A DNA stretch of 64,000 nucleotides from Gemmatimonas sp. (GCA_965279375.1 OZ257156.1:4256001-4320000); one strand, 5' to 3'; counted from the first letter of the stretch, positions 1 to 10,577 are shown. Notes: a model not told the origin generated them from the sequence alone. Translations and numbers: made by a program.

Positions 1-1095
1 TGGAGCGGGCGAGTCGGTCAGCTCCTCCGCGATCGTGCGTCCGGTGAATGTCATCGCGTCGCCGTGCAGGTGGCCCGCGTCGAGCAGCGCGCGTAGAACC
101 ACACCGGCACCGCCCACCTGATAGAGGTCGCGTGCGAGATATCGACCACCCGGCTGCAGGCTGGCGATAAGCGGCGTCCTCGCGAACACGGCGGCGACAT
201 CGTCGAGACCGAAAGCGATGCCGGCTTCGTGCGCAATCGCCGGAATGTGCAGCGCGGCGTTTGTGGAGCCGCCCGTTGCGGAGACCACGGCGCACGCATT
301 CTCCAGCGCGTTCCGCGTGACGATCTCTCGTGGCAAGGGCGCATCGGCCATCACCGCGCGCATCAGCGCCTTGGCGGCGCGACGCATCAGCGGCGCACGT
401 TCGCTGTAGACGGCGGGGACCATGCTGGAGCCGATGGGCGCGAGACCGATTGCCTCGGAGACCATGCCCATCGTGTTCGCAGTGAACTGGCCCGCGCACG
501 CGCCCGCCGTTGGAAGGCAGCTCCGGCTGATCGACTCCAGATCGGACATCGTCGCTTCACCGGCCAGCACGCGCCCGATCGTCTCGTACGTCTCACCCAC
601 ATGCGTGTCGCGTCCCACACCGTCCGCGCCACGCACGTGACCGGGCAGCGCAGATCCGCCGTGCACGAACACGCTGGGCACGTTGCAGCGCACGATGCCC
701 ATCATGAGCCCGGGTAGGTTCTTGTCGCAGGCGCCGATCGCGAAGATGCCGTCCCACTGATGGCCGCGCGCGGACGCTTCGACGCTGTCGGCGATGAGCT
801 CGCGCGACACGAGCGAGAAGCGCATCCCTGAGTGTGCGATCGACAGACCATCTGACACGGAAACCACTGGGCATTCGTGCGGGGTGCCGCCGGCGGCGAA
901 GAGGCCTGTCTTCGCGTGCTGTGCCTGGTCGCGCAGGTTGAGATTGCACGGACTCATCTCACCGCCGGTGTGGAACAATCCGACGTGCGGGCGTGCAATG
1001 TCGTCGTCGTCCTGACCAAGGGCGCGTAGAAAGCTGCGCGTGGTCGCGCGCAGCGAGCCTTCGTAGATCGTGGCCGATCGAAAGCGCCGCGTCAT
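1..1095 (-). CDS. IlvD/Edd-family dihydroxy-acid or sugar-acid dehydratase (3' end outside the window)
   Basis: Manual translation from ATG at 1095 gives MTRRFRSATIYEG...SPCN...VSDGLSIAHSGMRFSLVSRELIADSVE...GACDKNLPG, with the PCN, DG-MxxSL and CDK motifs. It overlaps the upstream gene by ATGA. It is absent from the ORF track because it has no stop in the window. Confidence 0.9.
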   Translation of the reverse strand, partial: MTRRFRSATIYEGSLRATTRSFLRALGQDDDDIARPHVGLFHTGGEMSPCNLNLRDQAQHAKTGLFAAGGTPHECPVVSVSDGLSIAHSGMRFSLVSRELIADSVEASARGHQWDGIFAIGACDKNLPGLMMGIVRCNVPSVFVHGGSALPGHVRGADGVGRDTHVGETYETIGRVLAGEATMSDLESISRSCLPTAGACAGQFTANTMGMVSEAIGLAPIGSSMVPAVYSERAPLMRRAAKALMRAVMADAPLPREIVTRNALENACAVVSATGGSTNAALHIPAIAHEAGIAFGLDDVAAVFARTPLIASLQPGGRYLARDLYQVGGAGVVLRALLDAGHLHGDAMTFTGRTIAEELTDSPAP

Positions 1096-2027
1096 GACGC
1101 GTGCGAGTTGTTGTCAGGGAGCGGCGGCGTGTCGAAGAGTCGAATGAGCCGGGACATGTCGGCGTCAGCGCCCACGGCGTGATGCGCACCCGCAGCGCGC
1201 AGCAGCTCCGCAGCACGCGTCGACATCGGCACCGCTGCGCCACGCTCTCCGGCAAGGCGCACCACCTGATCGATGTCCTTCTTGAACGTGGCCAACGCGC
1301 CGATGCGCGGCGTGTCGATGCCGCGTGCCATGCGCTTGCCGAAAATCTGAAGCGGGAGCGAGTCGGCAAAGCCTCCGGCGAGAGCGCCCGGCAGGTTGTT
1401 CGCGTCGATGCCGGCTGCGTTGGCAAAGGCCAGCATCTCGGCGATCACCACCAGATTGCAGCCCACGATCATCTGATTGCAGCTTTTCGCCAACTGCCCT
1501 GCTCCCTGTGAACCCATGTGCGTCACGCGCACAGAGAGCGCGTCGAAGATCGGCGCCGAGCGCGTGAGATCCTCGACCTCGCCGCCGGCGAAGACGATCA
1601 GCTTGCCGGCGCGGGCAGCGGGCAGCCCTCCGGACACCGGCGCATCGACCCAGTGCGCGCCACAAGCCTCGCGCAGGCGTTGCGCCATGGTGACCGTGGC
1701 GTCGGGCGCGATGCTCGAGAAGTCCACGATCCACTGCTCGTCGCGCATCACCGCAGCGATACCCGTCTCGCCAAAGAGCACATCATCCACCGCGCGCGTG
1801 TCGGTGAGGCAGAGGCAGATGACATCGGTGTGCTGCGCGAGCGCCCGCGCGCTTTCGGCGGCCACCGCACCGGCGGTGACGAGCGGCGACAGCTTGGCCG
1901 CGGTTCGATTCCAGACCGTGACTGCGACGCCGCACTCGAGCAGTCGCTCGACCAACGGCGTGCCGATCAGCCCCGTGCCGATAAATCCCACGCGCAATGG
2001 TCCGCCACGAGGCGCTGTGTCAAGCAT
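1092..2027 (-). CDS. NAD(P)-dependent oxidoreductase, beta-hydroxyacid (3-hydroxyisobutyrate / tartronate semialdehyde) dehydrogenase family
   Basis: GFIGTGLIG Rossmann motif, WNRT, DAPVSGG and catalytic K in AKSCNQ. Confidence 0.92.
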   Translation of the reverse strand: MLDTAPRGGPLRVGFIGTGLIGTPLVERLLECGVAVTVWNRTAAKLSPLVTAGAVAAESARALAQHTDVICLCLTDTRAVDDVLFGETGIAAVMRDEQWIVDFSSIAPDATVTMAQRLREACGAHWVDAPVSGGLPAARAGKLIVFAGGEVEDLTRSAPIFDALSVRVTHMGSQGAGQLAKSCNQMIVGCNLVVIAEMLAFANAAGIDANNLPGALAGGFADSLPLQIFGKRMARGIDTPRIGALATFKKDIDQVVRLAGERGAAVPMSTRAAELLRAAGAHHAVGADADMSRLIRLFDTPPLPDNNSHAS

Positions 2028-2820
2028 AGAGATGCAGTCCGTTGTCCATGCGAATGATCTCTCCCGTCATGCCCGGAGCCTGCGCGGCGAGAAAGAACGC
2101 GAGCGCCGCCACTTCATGCGTTTGCAGCAAGCGAGGCAGCGCCTGTGTCTTGAGGTAGTGCTCCTCTACGGCGGCGAGCTTGGCTTCGTCGAGTACGCGA
2201 CTGGGCAATCCGCCAGACACATAGGCCGGCGCGATGGCATTCACGCGAATGTGCGGCGCGAGTGCGCGGGCGAGCGACAGCGTAAGCGTATTCACCGCGC
2301 CCTTGGAGGCGGCATACGCCACGGAAGAGCCGAGTCCCGCCGTGCCCGCGATGGAGGAGATGTTGACCACCGCCCCCTGCCCGCTCTGTCGAAGTGCGTC
2401 GCTGCAGGCGCGAATCATGCGAAAGGTGCCCACGAGATTCACGTCGTAGGTGCGGGCAAACTCCGACGTGGGCAGCGCGTCCAGATCGGCGTGAGGAATG
2501 AAGCGCGTCGTCCCTGCGCAATTGACGAGCGCGCTGATGTGCGAAAAGCGCGCGCACATCGCGGCGACGGCGGCGATACAGCTCTCGTCGTTGGTGACGT
2601 CGAGTTCCACCAGCAGCGCCACGGAGCCAGCTTCGCCGCACTCACCGGCGACGCGCTCCGCGTCGGCCCGCTGCTTCGCGTTGAGGTACGTGATGCCGAC
2701 GTCCCAGCCGTGCCGAGCAAAGGTGCGCGCGCACTCCGCACCGATGCCGGTGGCGGAACCTGTGATCAAGGCGACGGGGCGGGTGGGGGACGCAGAGGCG
2801 GTGTTCGGGGGTGTGTGCAT
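2020..2820 (-). CDS. SDR family oxidoreductase
   Basis: TGSATGIG, VNCAG, NISS and YAASK motifs. Start taken at ATG 2820 inside the over-long 2020..5064 ORF. Confidence 0.92.
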   Translation of the reverse strand: MHTPPNTASASPTRPVALITGSATGIGAECARTFARHGWDVGITYLNAKQRADAERVAGECGEAGSVALLVELDVTNDESCIAAVAAMCARFSHISALVNCAGTTRFIPHADLDALPTSEFARTYDVNLVGTFRMIRACSDALRQSGQGAVVNISSIAGTAGLGSSVAYAASKGAVNTLTLSLARALAPHIRVNAIAPAYVSGGLPSRVLDEAKLAAVEEHYLKTQALPRLLQTHEVAALAFFLAAQAPGMTGEIIRMDNGLHLYA

Positions 2821-2955
2821 GATCGAGAGCTTACGCCGTCGCCGTGGCGACCGCGACCCCCGGAGCACGGGCTGAACGACCGACGCGCCCCGCGCGTAAA
2901 TTCTGCGAGTCGAAGTTCTGGCCGAAATTCTGTTTGTCCTCTGCCCTCGCCACCG

Positions 2956-5886
2956 ATGCGATCGTACCCTCGGGCGCGCGCTGCTGCGCTCCTCCTGTTC
3001 TCCGCCGCGGCGTCCGCCGCGCCCCGCCTGCTCCTGGCGCAACAGCTCACCACGGAAACGCGCGACGCCAATCAGCGACAGGACGCGTCGTTCGAGAAGG
3101 ACTACAAGGCGTGGCTCAAGAATCCCACGCACGGGAGTCCGCTGGTGGACCACCTGCCGGTGGTGCCGGGCATTCCGTCGCCCAAGGAGATCATCGGCTA
3201 TCACGTGGGCGCGCCCAAGAAGCTCACGTACTACGCCGATCAGTTGAAGTACTATCGCGCCTTGGCCGCCGCGACCCCGCGCGTGAAGGTCGAGACGATC
3301 GGCACCAGCGATGAGGGACGTGAGCTGGTGGTGGTGTGGGTCTCGTCCGAGGCCAACATGAAGACGCTGCCGCAGAATCGCGCGAACCTCGCCAAGATCG
3401 CCGACCCGCGTGGCACGAGCGAGACGCAGATTCGCGAGCTCATCACGCGCACCAAGCCGCACTATCACCTGATGGGCGGACTGCACTCGGGCGAAACGGG
3501 CCCCAGCGAAATGCTGATGGAGCTCGTCTATCGCCTCGCGACGGAGACGTCGCCGGTCATCACGCAGATCCGCAACAACGTCTTTGTGTCCATCACGCCC
3601 GTGGCCGACGCCGATGGCCGCGATCGCAATGTGGACTGGTTCTACAAGGGGCTGGACGAAGCAGCGGCCGCACCGCCGGCTCCTGCTGCAGCCCCTTCCG
3701 CAGCTCCCGCTGGCGCTCCGCGCGACACCACGGCCGGTGGACGCGGTGCCGCGCCCGCCGCACCGCCGGCATTCGGCGGTCGTGGTGGCGGCGCCGTGCC
3801 GTACTGGGGCAAGTACGCGTACCACGACAACAACCGCGACATCAACGTCGCGCTGATGCAGATGCGCGCGATCGTGGATTGGTACTTCACGGCGCATCCG
3901 CCGATCATGCACGACCTGCACGAAGCGCAACCGCTGCTCTACACGTACAGTGGCGCCGCGCCGCAGAACCCCAATCTCGATCCGCTGCTCTTCGCCGAAC
4001 TGCCCTTCTTCGCCAACTTCGAAATGGCGCAGATGACCAAGTACGGCATGCCGGGCGTCTACACGCACGCCTTCATGGACGGTTGGTCGCCGGGCTACCT
4101 CGGCTCCGTGGCCTACAACCACAACGGCCTCATGAAGATGTACGAGACCCAATCGGGGCGGGACATCGATTCGGTGCCCGCCGCTGGTCGAGGCGCCGCG
4201 CCGGGAGGAGCGCCGGGTGGATTCGGCGGTGGGCGCGGTGGCGCTGTGCCTACAGGTCGCGGCGGCGCGCAGGACCGTGAGTGGTATCGCGGCATTCAGT
4301 ACACGCCGTACGACATGGCCACCTTCACGCGTCGCTCCAACACGAACTACATGCAGACGGGCGTCATCTCGGCGCTGCAGCTCACGTCGATGTTCCCGGC
4401 GATGGTGCTCGAGAACTTCTACATCAAGACGCGCAACGCGATCGAAGATGGCAAGAACAAGGCGCCGTACGGCTTCGTGATCCCAGTGCAGCGCGACATG
4501 ACCAAGGTCGCCGAATTCATCAACGTGATGCGCGTGCAACGCATCGAAGTGGGTGTGGCAACGGAATCGGTCACGCTCGGCGGCAAGACGTATTCCGCCG
4601 GCTCGTACATCATCAAGCGCGACCAGCCGTACGGCCGTCTCGCCAAGAACCTCATCGAGAAGCAGCAGTACCCCGACTCGCGCTTGCAGACGTACGATGA
4701 CAGCGGCTGGTCGACGGGCTTCGCGTTCAACATCGACGTCGCCGAGGTTGCTGACAGCGCGATCCTCAAGGCGAAGACCACCCCCGTGGCCACGGCCGTC
4801 GCCAAGGGCAAACTGGCTGGCACGGGCACCGCGGGCATCGCGATCGCGCATCTGGGATCGAACAACATGATCGCGTTCCGCTACAAGCTGAAGAACGTGC
4901 CCATGCGGGTCGCCGAGAAGGGGTTCACGGCGGACGGCGTCGAGTTCCCCGCTGGCTCGTTCATCGTATCCGACAACGCGGCGGCGGCGCAGGTGAAGGC
5001 CGCGGTGGAGGAGTTCGGCCTCACAGCGGCCGCTCTGAACGCGGCTCCCACGGTCACGTCGCACGACGCTGACGTACCGCGCCTTGCGATCTACTCGCAG
5101 TGGTCGGGCACGCAGAACCTCGGCTGGTATCGATTCACCTTCGACAAGTTCGGCGTTCCGTACGACCTGATTTACAAGGAGCAGGTCGCCAAGGGTGGAC
5201 TACGCGCCAAGTACGACGTGATCCTCATTGCGGAGCAGCCGCTTGGGAAGACCGTGGTCATGGCCGCACCCGCCGCGAAGCCTCAGAGCTATCTCAAGAA
5301 CGACAAGTACAAGTTCCTCGGCATGTACGGCGAGACCTCCGACATGAGCGGCGGATTCGGCCAAGTGGGCGTCGATGCGTTCGCCGATTTCCTCGAGAAG
5401 GGCGGTACGCTCATCGCGGTCGGTGAATCGGCACGTCTGCCGATCGAGTTCGGCTGGGCCAACACCGTGGACAAGGCGCCTGTGCCGGGGCTCACATCGC
5501 AGCGGCCTCTGGTAGAAGGCGAAATCATCAAGCCTGAGCACCCCGCCTTCTACGGCTACGCCAACAAGAAGCTTCCGGTGAAATACGTTGGCGGCTCGCC
5601 GTTCAAGGTCGGCATCGCCGATGAAAGCAACGTGCTGGCGCGGTATGTCGGTGGCGACGCGGCGGTGATTTCCGGGCTCATGACCGGCGCCGATTCGCTC
5701 AAGGGGCGGCCGTTCGCTGTCGACGTGCCGCAGGCATACAAGGGTCAGGGGCGCGTCATCATGTTCTCCAACAATCCGATCTATCGTTGGCAGAACCACG
5801 GCGAGTTCAACATGATCTTCAATTCCGTCATCAACTGGAACGACGAAGCCAAGGCCGCGCCCGCCACACCCAAGATCGTCCCGTAG
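2956..5886 (+). CDS. Secreted M14-family zinc carboxypeptidase with C-terminal glutamine-amidotransferase-like region
   Basis: Signal peptide MRSYPRARAAALLLF..., HSGE (HxxE), DNNRD and DLHE Zn motifs. The upstream part of ORF 1477..5886 is a shadow of the minus-strand genes. Confidence 0.88.
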   Translation: MRSYPRARAAALLLFSAAASAAPRLLLAQQLTTETRDANQRQDASFEKDYKAWLKNPTHGSPLVDHLPVVPGIPSPKEIIGYHVGAPKKLTYYADQLKYYRALAAATPRVKVETIGTSDEGRELVVVWVSSEANMKTLPQNRANLAKIADPRGTSETQIRELITRTKPHYHLMGGLHSGETGPSEMLMELVYRLATETSPVITQIRNNVFVSITPVADADGRDRNVDWFYKGLDEAAAAPPAPAAAPSAAPAGAPRDTTAGGRGAAPAAPPAFGGRGGGAVPYWGKYAYHDNNRDINVALMQMRAIVDWYFTAHPPIMHDLHEAQPLLYTYSGAAPQNPNLDPLLFAELPFFANFEMAQMTKYGMPGVYTHAFMDGWSPGYLGSVAYNHNGLMKMYETQSGRDIDSVPAAGRGAAPGGAPGGFGGGRGGAVPTGRGGAQDREWYRGIQYTPYDMATFTRRSNTNYMQTGVISALQLTSMFPAMVLENFYIKTRNAIEDGKNKAPYGFVIPVQRDMTKVAEFINVMRVQRIEVGVATESVTLGGKTYSAGSYIIKRDQPYGRLAKNLIEKQQYPDSRLQTYDDSGWSTGFAFNIDVAEVADSAILKAKTTPVATAVAKGKLAGTGTAGIAIAHLGSNNMIAFRYKLKNVPMRVAEKGFTADGVEFPAGSFIVSDNAAAAQVKAAVEEFGLTAAALNAAPTVTSHDADVPRLAIYSQWSGTQNLGWYRFTFDKFGVPYDLIYKEQVAKGGLRAKYDVILIAEQPLGKTVVMAAPAAKPQSYLKNDKYKFLGMYGETSDMSGGFGQVGVDAFADFLEKGGTLIAVGESARLPIEFGWANTVDKAPVPGLTSQRPLVEGEIIKPEHPAFYGYANKKLPVKYVGGSPFKVGIADESNVLARYVGGDAAVISGLMTGADSLKGRPFAVDVPQAYKGQGRVIMFSNNPIYRWQNHGEFNMIFNSVINWNDEAKAAPATPKIVP

Positions 5887-5930
5887 CCCAGTGGGCAGCG
5901 CGGGGCGTCAGTTGACCGCATATTTCCCGC

Positions 5931-7232
5931 GTGACCCAGAACTCATTGAATGATCTCTTCCGCTCCATCGTCGAGAACTCCGACGACCTGATTACGGTCT
6001 TCGACGACGTTGGAGCGGTGGTGTATATCAACCGCGCCTGCGAGCGCATTCTTGGCGGGCCGCCCTCGTCGTACGTCGGCGTGAGCATCTTTGACTTCGT
6101 GCACCCCGACGAGTTCGAACGTGCGCGGGTGACGCTCGAGTTCGTGCGCGATTTCGGCCCGCCGCCCGGCTCGACGCATTTCCACATCCGTCGGACCGAT
6201 GGCTCCTACATTGCGCTCGAACTGACGGCGGGCTGGGCCACCGACGGTGAACGGAAGCTGCTCACGACCGCGGGTCGCCCGTCGGATACCCGCGACGGCC
6301 TCGAGCGCGCGATGCTGCAACTGGTGGACGGATCGTCCATCGCCGACATCATGATCACCGTGTGCGATACGGTCTCGTGGCGACAGATGCGATCGCGCGT
6401 GGGCATCACATGGCACGACCGCGACGGCCGCGAACAGCACGTTACGCAGGGCGGAACGCTTCCCGCAGAGCTCTGCGGCCTCGGCGCCGGGCCCGACAGC
6501 ATCTTCGCCGAAATCCTCGCGTCGGGAGAACGTCGGCAGTCAGCCGATCTCTCCACGTTGCCGACGGAGCTACGTGAACTCGCGGAAGCGCACGGCATCG
6601 GCGGCTACTGGTTCGAGCCGGTGCGCGTGGGCGAGAACTCCGCGCTGATCGTCACCTGGACCATCGCGGGCGGGCATCCGCCCACGGTGCACATGCAGGG
6701 GATGGAACTGGCGCGCAACATGGTCGAAGTGATCCTGCGGTGGAACGATCACCTGTGGCGATTGGACCACGCGGCCAATCACGATGAGCTCACGCACCTG
6801 CCCAATCGCAAGCCGTTCTTTCGCGCGCTCGATGGCGCGGTGCACGGCGCGGTGCTGTACTGCGACCTGGACGACTTCAAGCCCGTCAACGATCGCTTCG
6901 GACATGCGGCGGGCGACGAGCTGCTGCGGCAGGTGGCGGATCGGCTACGGTCGTGCGTGCGTGAGCACGATCTCGTGGCGCGCATCGGTGGCGACGAGTT
7001 CGCGGTGCTGTGCCCGTGGAGTTCCGCAGCCGACGCGGAGATTCTCGCGTCGCGCATTCGCGCCGTGATGGGGCCACCGTTCTATGTGAACGAGACGCCG
7101 GTGCGCGTGAGCATCAGCGTGGGCGTGTCGCACACCGCTTCGCGACTGGACGAGGCGCATGTGGCGGAGGCTGATCGCATGCTGCGCGAGGCGAAGGCAC
7201 AACGGCAGGCGTTGCGCGCTCAGATTCGCTAG
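5931..7232 (+). CDS. PAS-domain diguanylate cyclase
   Basis: N-terminal PAS (VHPDE), DELTHLPNR, DLDDFKPVND, intact GGDEF with RxxD I-site (REHD). Confidence 0.93.
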   Translation: MTQNSLNDLFRSIVENSDDLITVFDDVGAVVYINRACERILGGPPSSYVGVSIFDFVHPDEFERARVTLEFVRDFGPPPGSTHFHIRRTDGSYIALELTAGWATDGERKLLTTAGRPSDTRDGLERAMLQLVDGSSIADIMITVCDTVSWRQMRSRVGITWHDRDGREQHVTQGGTLPAELCGLGAGPDSIFAEILASGERRQSADLSTLPTELRELAEAHGIGGYWFEPVRVGENSALIVTWTIAGGHPPTVHMQGMELARNMVEVILRWNDHLWRLDHAANHDELTHLPNRKPFFRALDGAVHGAVLYCDLDDFKPVNDRFGHAAGDELLRQVADRLRSCVREHDLVARIGGDEFAVLCPWSSAADAEILASRIRAVMGPPFYVNETPVRVSISVGVSHTASRLDEAHVAEADRMLREAKAQRQALRAQIR

Positions 7233-7282
7233 CGAGCGCGCTCGCGCGAGACGCGGCGCGTTCCTTGCCCCGCGTAGCTGGC

Positions 7283-7972
7283 ATGCCAGCCAAAGAGTTC
7301 CACAGATTCGATCGCATCGGCTGGCTTCGCGCCGCCGTCATGGGTGCCAATGATGGCGTGGTTTCCACCGCCAGCCTCGTCGTCGGTGTCGCCGCGACCG
7401 GCGCGCTGCAGTCGGCGGTCGTTGTTGCGGGCGTCGCAGGCTTGGTGGCCGGCGCCATGTCGATGGCCGCGGGCGAGTATGTCTCCGTGAGCTCGCAGGC
7501 GGACACGGAGGCCGCCGACACCGAACTCGAACGCCGCGAGCTCAAGGTGGATCCGGCCGGCGAACTTCGGGAACTCCGCGAGATCTACGAAGCGCGCGGT
7601 CTCGACAGCGCACTCGCGCAGCAGGTGGCGGAGCAGTTGACGGCTCGAGGCGCGCTCGAGGCGCACATGCGCGACGAGTTGGGCATCAGCGATCACCAAC
7701 GCGCACGACCACTGCAGGCGGCGATGGCATCCGCCGCCACGTTCTCGGTGGGAGCGACGCTACCGCTGCTTGCCGGTTGGCTCGCGCCGTCGCCGCGCAT
7801 CACGGTCGTGGTAGTCCTTACCTCACTGCTGACGCTCGTCGCGCTCGGTGTCGCCTCCGCGAAGGCCGGCGGTGCGCGCCTGCGCACGGGCGCGCTCCGC
7901 GTGACGTTCTGGGGCGCCATCGCAATGTTCGCAACGTGGGGCGTCGGGCGACTTTTCGGCGCCGTTGCCTAA
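7283..7972 (+). CDS. VIT1/CCC1 family Fe/Mn transporter
   Basis: LRAAVMGANDG and SMAAGEYVSVSSQ signatures, multiple TM helices. Confidence 0.92.
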   Translation: MPAKEFHRFDRIGWLRAAVMGANDGVVSTASLVVGVAATGALQSAVVVAGVAGLVAGAMSMAAGEYVSVSSQADTEAADTELERRELKVDPAGELRELREIYEARGLDSALAQQVAEQLTARGALEAHMRDELGISDHQRARPLQAAMASAATFSVGATLPLLAGWLAPSPRITVVVVLTSLLTLVALGVASAKAGGARLRTGALRVTFWGAIAMFATWGVGRLFGAVA

Positions 7973-7981
7973 CCGCCTGCT

Positions 7982-8470
7982 TCAGTTTCTGCTGCGCGAA
8001 GGCTCCACAGTCATCGCGTCTTGCGCCGTGGCGCCGGGACGCACCTCGGTGTGGCGAATCTGTCCGCCCAACAGTCCGGTGTAGGCCATCAGCCCAGTCA
8101 CGATGGTCGCGCCGGCGAGCGCTCCGTACGACGCGGCGCGAGGCAGCGGCAATCGGCGCCAGCGAACGAGCGCACCCAGCGACACCACGCCAACGATCGC
8201 CGCCGCGATGAACGCGTTGTCTGCCAGTTCCTCATGCTCGTGAATGGCATCGCGCGTCACGCCGGGCATCTTCTCGACCGCGTCTTCGGCGGGCTCACCG
8301 GAGAACTTCGCCGCGGCAACACCGAGTGCAACCACCACCAGCGCGCCCAAGGCCACACGCGCGAGCACGTCACGCGCGTAGAACTGCGCGACGAGCAGGA
8401 GAATCACCGCGAAGACGGCACCGAGCACTGGGACATGATTCACCAGCAGGTGCAGATGCACTCCGGACAT
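7982..8470 (-). CDS. Membrane protein, DUF2231-like (His-containing, 4 TM)
   Basis: HLHLLVNHVP, IHEHEELA, GGQIRHTE, hydrophobic segments; AAGGAG RBS before ATG 8470. Confidence 0.6.
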   Translation of the reverse strand: MSGVHLHLLVNHVPVLGAVFAVILLLVAQFYARDVLARVALGALVVVALGVAAAKFSGEPAEDAVEKMPGVTRDAIHEHEELADNAFIAAAIVGVVSLGALVRWRRLPLPRAASYGALAGATIVTGLMAYTGLLGGQIRHTEVRPGATAQDAMTVEPSRSRN

Positions 8471-8675
8471 GTCAGCTCCTTCGTCAGCGCACGCGCACAC
8501 GAGATCGGCGCAAGCCAAGCTCGTGGGACAACCGCTCGCCGCGCGGTCGCGACCCACTCGATCATCCACGAGAGATCGGGTGCAATTGTGGGACCGCCCG
8601 CTTTATGCGGAACGCGCATCGCCCCATTCGGCAATGCCGGACAGGGCGATGCGATACTCCGTTAGGGATCGTGCC

Positions 8676-9479
8676 TCAAGGCTTCCCGGCTTTGCGTGGC
8701 GAGAGACCGAGATCGACGCCTGCCTCCGCAAGCGTTGCATTGAAGGCGTCGAGCTCGTGTGCACTGGCTTTGATCTGCGCGAGCAACGCCGCCAGCAGCT
8801 CGGCGGAGGGCTCTGCCTGCATCATCGATTCGGGTGTCACGGCCACGCGCGACTCCGCGAGCGAGAGGTTGGGAAGCGAGATGACGAACGGCGGATCGGG
8901 CGGCAGATCGTTCACGGCGCGGCCCGATGCCGTCGGCACCGAGGACTGCGTCTGGTCATTGATCACGCCTGCCGCCGAGAGATAGGTGGCGCGGAATTGC
9001 GGCGTGAGCATGACTTTCACCGGCCGATCGCTTTGCGGCCGAAAGCCGAAGAAGCCTGCCCCTCCGCGTCGCAGGACGGCGGGAAGTCGCAATCGTACGT
9101 AGCCGCGACATTCGAAGAACGGCGTCACCGGCGCGCCCGTCATCGAGAACGGGTCGGAGGGGAGCATCGCGACCAGCGCCGTGCCTTTCGCGGGGATGGC
9201 AAACGGTCTACCAAGACCGAAGCTTGGCGATGCAAGCGTGCCGGTAAGCGCGTAGATGCCTGTGCCGTTGTCGATCGACGGCGTATCGACGAAGATCACC
9301 GTGTTCGAAAACAGACTTCGGTCCGGATTCGTGATAGCCGACGTCACGAAGTCCAGCGTGTACAGGTACTCCCGATCCTCGAGATTGCTGATCTCCAGGA
9401 AGTAGCCCTGCAGTACGGTGTCGGCAGGAGGTACGGGAGACTGCGGCTTGTACACCAGCTCGAAATTGGACACTTCCAT
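8676..9479 (-). CDS. Hypothetical protein (267 aa)
   Basis: GAGGAG RBS before ATG 9479 (MEVSNFELVYKPQ...), protein-like composition, no family recognised. Confidence 0.7.
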   Translation of the reverse strand: MEVSNFELVYKPQSPVPPADTVLQGYFLEISNLEDREYLYTLDFVTSAITNPDRSLFSNTVIFVDTPSIDNGTGIYALTGTLASPSFGLGRPFAIPAKGTALVAMLPSDPFSMTGAPVTPFFECRGYVRLRLPAVLRRGGAGFFGFRPQSDRPVKVMLTPQFRATYLSAAGVINDQTQSSVPTASGRAVNDLPPDPPFVISLPNLSLAESRVAVTPESMMQAEPSAELLAALLAQIKASAHELDAFNATLAEAGVDLGLSPRKAGKP

Positions 9480-9715
9480 GGCTCTGCTCCTCATTCGCTG
9501 CGGGAGAAAGAACGCCACCATTTTTGTGGCGCAGCAATAGTGAGCAGGGATTGCGATGGTGCCGCGCGCCACGTCACGTTCATGCGGTCTCATCCTTCGA
9601 TTGGGAACGAGACCGGCAACGTGCTTCTGTACTCGCGCGAAGCGCCTTGCCATGCAAACGCAGCCGTTGGAATATCGAGTTCATTCGTGCGCTCACCGCT
9701 CCCGAGGAAGTCGCT

Positions 9716-10546
9716 GTGAAAGACGTTGTCGTCGTTGTCGGCCCGGGGCAGATCGGCCAGGCCATCGCGCGCCGAGTTGGCGTGGGCAAACACGTCGTGC
9801 TCGCAGATCTGCGCATCGAGAGCGCAGACGCAGCGGCCAAGGTGATGAGCGATGCCGGCTATGACGTCAGCGTCGCGGCCGTCGACGTGTCGTCTCGCGA
9901 CGCAGTACACGCGCTCGTCGAGACTGCCTCAGCGCTGGGTAGCGTTACCGGGCTCGTGCACGCGGCAGGCGTTTCCCCGTCGCAGGCGTCGCCGGCGACC
10001 ATTCTCAAAGTCGACCTCTACGGCACCGCGCTCGTGCTCGAGGAATTCGGCAACGTCATTGCGCATGGAGGCTCGGGCGTCGTGATCGCGTCGCAGTCCG
10101 GACACCGTCTTCCGCCGCTCACGGTTGAGCAAAATCGCGCACTGGCGACGACGCCAACGGAGGAGTTGCTTGCCCTGCCCTTCCTGCAGCCGGAGCTGGT
10201 GACCGACTCGCTGCACGCGTATCAGCTTTCGAAGCGCGGCAACGCGCTACGCGTGATGGCCGAAGCCGTGCGTTGGGGGGCGCGGGGGGCGCGCATCAAC
10301 ACGATCAGCCCCGGAATCATCATGACGCCGCTGGCCAAGGACGAACTGAGCGGCCCACGCGGCGACGGCTATCGGCGCATGATTGCGCTCTCGCCAGCCC
10401 AGCGCGCCGGAACGCCGGATGAGGTGGCGACGGTGGCCGCACTGCTCATGGGGGCCGACGGCGGGTTCATCACCGGCAGCGATTTTCTGATGGACGGCGG
10501 CGTGACCGCGGCGTACTGGTACGGCGAGCTGGGGCCCAAACCGTAG
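9716..10546 (+). CDS. SDR family oxidoreductase
   Basis: GAGGA RBS plus GTG; GPGQIG, HAAGVS, YQLSK and ITGSDFLMDGG motifs. Confidence 0.9.
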   Translation: MKDVVVVVGPGQIGQAIARRVGVGKHVVLADLRIESADAAAKVMSDAGYDVSVAAVDVSSRDAVHALVETASALGSVTGLVHAAGVSPSQASPATILKVDLYGTALVLEEFGNVIAHGGSGVVIASQSGHRLPPLTVEQNRALATTPTEELLALPFLQPELVTDSLHAYQLSKRGNALRVMAEAVRWGARGARINTISPGIIMTPLAKDELSGPRGDGYRRMIALSPAQRAGTPDEVATVAALLMGADGGFITGSDFLMDGGVTAAYWYGELGPKP

Positions 10547-10577
10547 CGATCGCGAGACGTTCGGGCGTACCGAACGC

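Noticed and set aside
1477..5064. Very long overlapping ORFs 1477..5886 (+) and 2020..5064 (-), suggesting giant or antisense-overlapping genes
   Set aside because: Each consists of one real gene plus a stop-free shadow of the opposite-strand gene, which is common in high-GC DNA.
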